Source: Puccinia triticina
Lineage: Eukaryota
Direction: 5' to 3'
Assembly (NCBI GenBank): GCA_026914245.1
Contig: CP110439.1
Location: forward strand, 6,758,001 to 6,822,000
DNA length: 64,000 nt
Shown here: positions 61,830-64,000 of the stretch, one piece after another
Layout of the letters: each line of letters begins with the position of its first letter
How positions within the stretch are numbered: the first letter of the stretch is position 1
Notes under the pieces: model-generated
What the model saw: the letters and a program-made list of their open reading frames with translations, nothing else
Told to the model about the DNA's origin: nothing
The model's database searches: none
Position numbers and translations under genes: made by a program

Positions 61830-64000
61830 CTAATTTAAAAGTAGTTGATGGTTGATGGTTTTGAGGTACTTTGTGTCTAGGCGGCAGCATTTCATCCTAC
61901 ATACGGCACCCATCCAAGAAGAAGCAGAAAAAAATGAGCGAGCAGGACGAAGAGAGAAGGGATGGGAGAAGGAAGAAGCAGGACTGACGTTTTTGATCCG
62001 GAAGAGAAGTAACGGGATGAGGCAGAACAAGCCTAATGCCAATATGCCCCAGGACGAGATAAAGATGGCGTGGTAGGAGGCTTGGTTGGAGTCGATCCTG
62101 AAGATCACCGCGGCGCCCGCCGATTGGATCCCTGCGTCACAAATTCATCTCCCAAAAACTTCATGCCACATTCTTGCTGATTTTTCTGGGGAGAAAACTG
62201 GGGCACACCTTTGTAAAATCCGACGAGGGGAGCTAAGTCTCGTGGGTCATCGGCTAACATACCCATAATCCAGCTACAAGTCGGGAAACAGCATGCAACG
62301 AGCAAGAGCAGTTTGCATCAGTTTTGACATCCCATAACACTCGTCACACAGATAAATGGATGAAAAGTGGACGAGAGGGACTCAACTATGCGTATGTTTG
62401 CCACATCGAATCAGTGACGCCTGAATGGTGGAGAGAAATCAAAACGATCATGGTAGTTAAAATCATTGCGGACATTTCCGAGAGCGAAGAAATGGGATGG
62501 GAGAGGGGGTGACCACGGACCATAAAAGATGTAGAGCCAGACTCTACCCAAGTAGCCGGAGTCGTTCCAATCCATCTTAGTAGCCAGCGAGCCGCGTTCG
62601 TAGTCTTTCTGGACGTCCCATCCGAAGCCCCAGACGAGGAAGATGACGGCGGTCAGGATGGCCCAGCCGAGACCCGCCCGCTGTTGCCGCTTAAACGCGC
62701 GCTCGTAATCCAGCAGCAGCCCGAATAGCCCCGACCCGAAGATCTGCGACAGCCAGTATAGAAGCGCATTCAACGACCGCGTTCGCAGATTGAATAGCGC
62801 TAGATTGTAGTCGTTGAATTGGTACGTATAGAACCTGTTATCGGGGTTTTTTTTTTTGGTCAAAAGAAAAAATGTTTAACGATCGGTTTTGGAAGACAAA
62901 AACGAGCGAAAGAGAGAAGGGTGGTGGGGTATTGACCAATTGCTGGCCCAGAAAAAGGGGAACAGGAGCAGGATTGTTGGGTCTTGAGTCAAGGTTCTAA
63001 ACATAGCGCGGAGTTCGTGTTTCCAGTCCGGATTACGCTCGACGGTGACGAGGGAGCCATCGGTGCGAGTGATAGAAGAGGGACGGGCGAGGGTGAAGGT
63101 GAGGAAGGTGCCGATGAGAGTGATGATCAAGAAGGCGATATAAACCCCATTGGAGACCGGACTATCCTATCACGCATCAACAAATCGTTATCGGGAAACC
63201 CAAAGATCAGCATCCTCATGTATGCAGGCGTATCCGCCACTCTTCGTTCCTTCCGCCAAGAAGCACTCAACTGTTGTATCGTTGTAGTTCTTACCTAGGG
63301 CGACCGCTTCACCTAGGACTGCACCTGTTCCAAACCGATCGCGTTTTTTGGGCATAGCGTGTCAGACACAGACCGATTGAACAACGTTGATCGGAAACTG
63401 ACCTAGATTGAAGATGATCCAGAAGGCCGCAATGTATCTTCCTTTGGTGGCCTCGGTGGCATATGCCAGCATCAGCGAGCCCTGCGCGGTCCATAGCAAC
63501 CCGGCACAAACACCTAGTAGAGCGCCTGCTGCAATCACAAATCCACTGGGAAAATCACCCTTTTTTGTCAGATTTCTTTCTGTTTTTCTTCATACTTTTC
63601 AAAGAAGTGTCGTGCGCATTAACCGACCTGTTTTGGTTGATGTTGTACGACAGATATGAGCCAATGAATAACGTGTACCCGACCGATCTGTTTTCCCAGA
63701 TTGTTCAGTTCCCCCCCAAAAAAGTATCAAACAACTGAGACGAGCAGTCCAATACCGCAGCAAAGAAACAAGAAACCACATGTACCCAATTGTTAGAGAA
63801 AGCCTGGGGCCTAGCAGGTTTACAAAACTTCCAGACCCAAAAGCGGTCAAGGCAAAGGTCGAATACAGGGCAACATTGGCTATACATAATCACAGAGACT
63901 TATTGAGTTTTATGCTGCACCCAGAGAGAGAGAGAGAGGGAGCAAGACGAACCATTGTCCGCGGTGGTTGGGTCTATCTGCCCGCCGCCTCCAAGACCAC
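61830..64000 (-). CDS. UNC-93-like (DUF895) MFS membrane protein, multi-exon, 5' end outside the window
   Basis: GSFVNLLGPRLSL, AGLLWTAQGSLMLAYA...KGRYIAAFWIIFNLG, LLLFPFFWASNW-FYTYQFNDYN..FNLRTRSLN motifs; many GT-AG introns. The 3' boundary is approximate. Confidence 0.85.

Overview
This is eukaryotic, intron-containing, transposon-dense DNA. The element families and proteins look like a rust fungus (Pucciniales, Puccinia-like); that taxonomic call is my inference. Host genes: a single-exon Cys/His-rich small secreted protein (7767-8123), a 4-exon secreted protein (19884-21056), a La/Lhp1 RNA-binding protein (22092-24302), a repetitive secreted protein with a basic tail (26769-28357), a P-loop NTPase fused to a PD-(D/E)xK-like domain (56112-58666), a further candidate secreted protein (59054-59521) and the 3' part of an UNC-93-like MFS gene (to the window end). 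Mobile DNA: a decayed Copia (12142-18297), a young Ty3/Gypsy (42597-50917), a Helitron helicase remnant, PIF/Harbinger derivatives, hAT-, CACTA- and Mutator-like MITEs and foldbacks, and several nested insertions. The most unusual observations are: (1) a family of ~215-bp solo LTRs with a complete tRNA-like cloverleaf inside the LTR, present twice; (2) a Gypsy primer-binding site that copies ~45 nt of spliced tRNA-Tyr; (3) two tandem TA-flanked TTGTC-terminated ~3.2-kb elements carrying convergent SAM-like ORFs; (4) a five-copy cis motif inside the Gypsy; (5) the NTPase-nuclease gene. All calls were made by eye, with no database searches.
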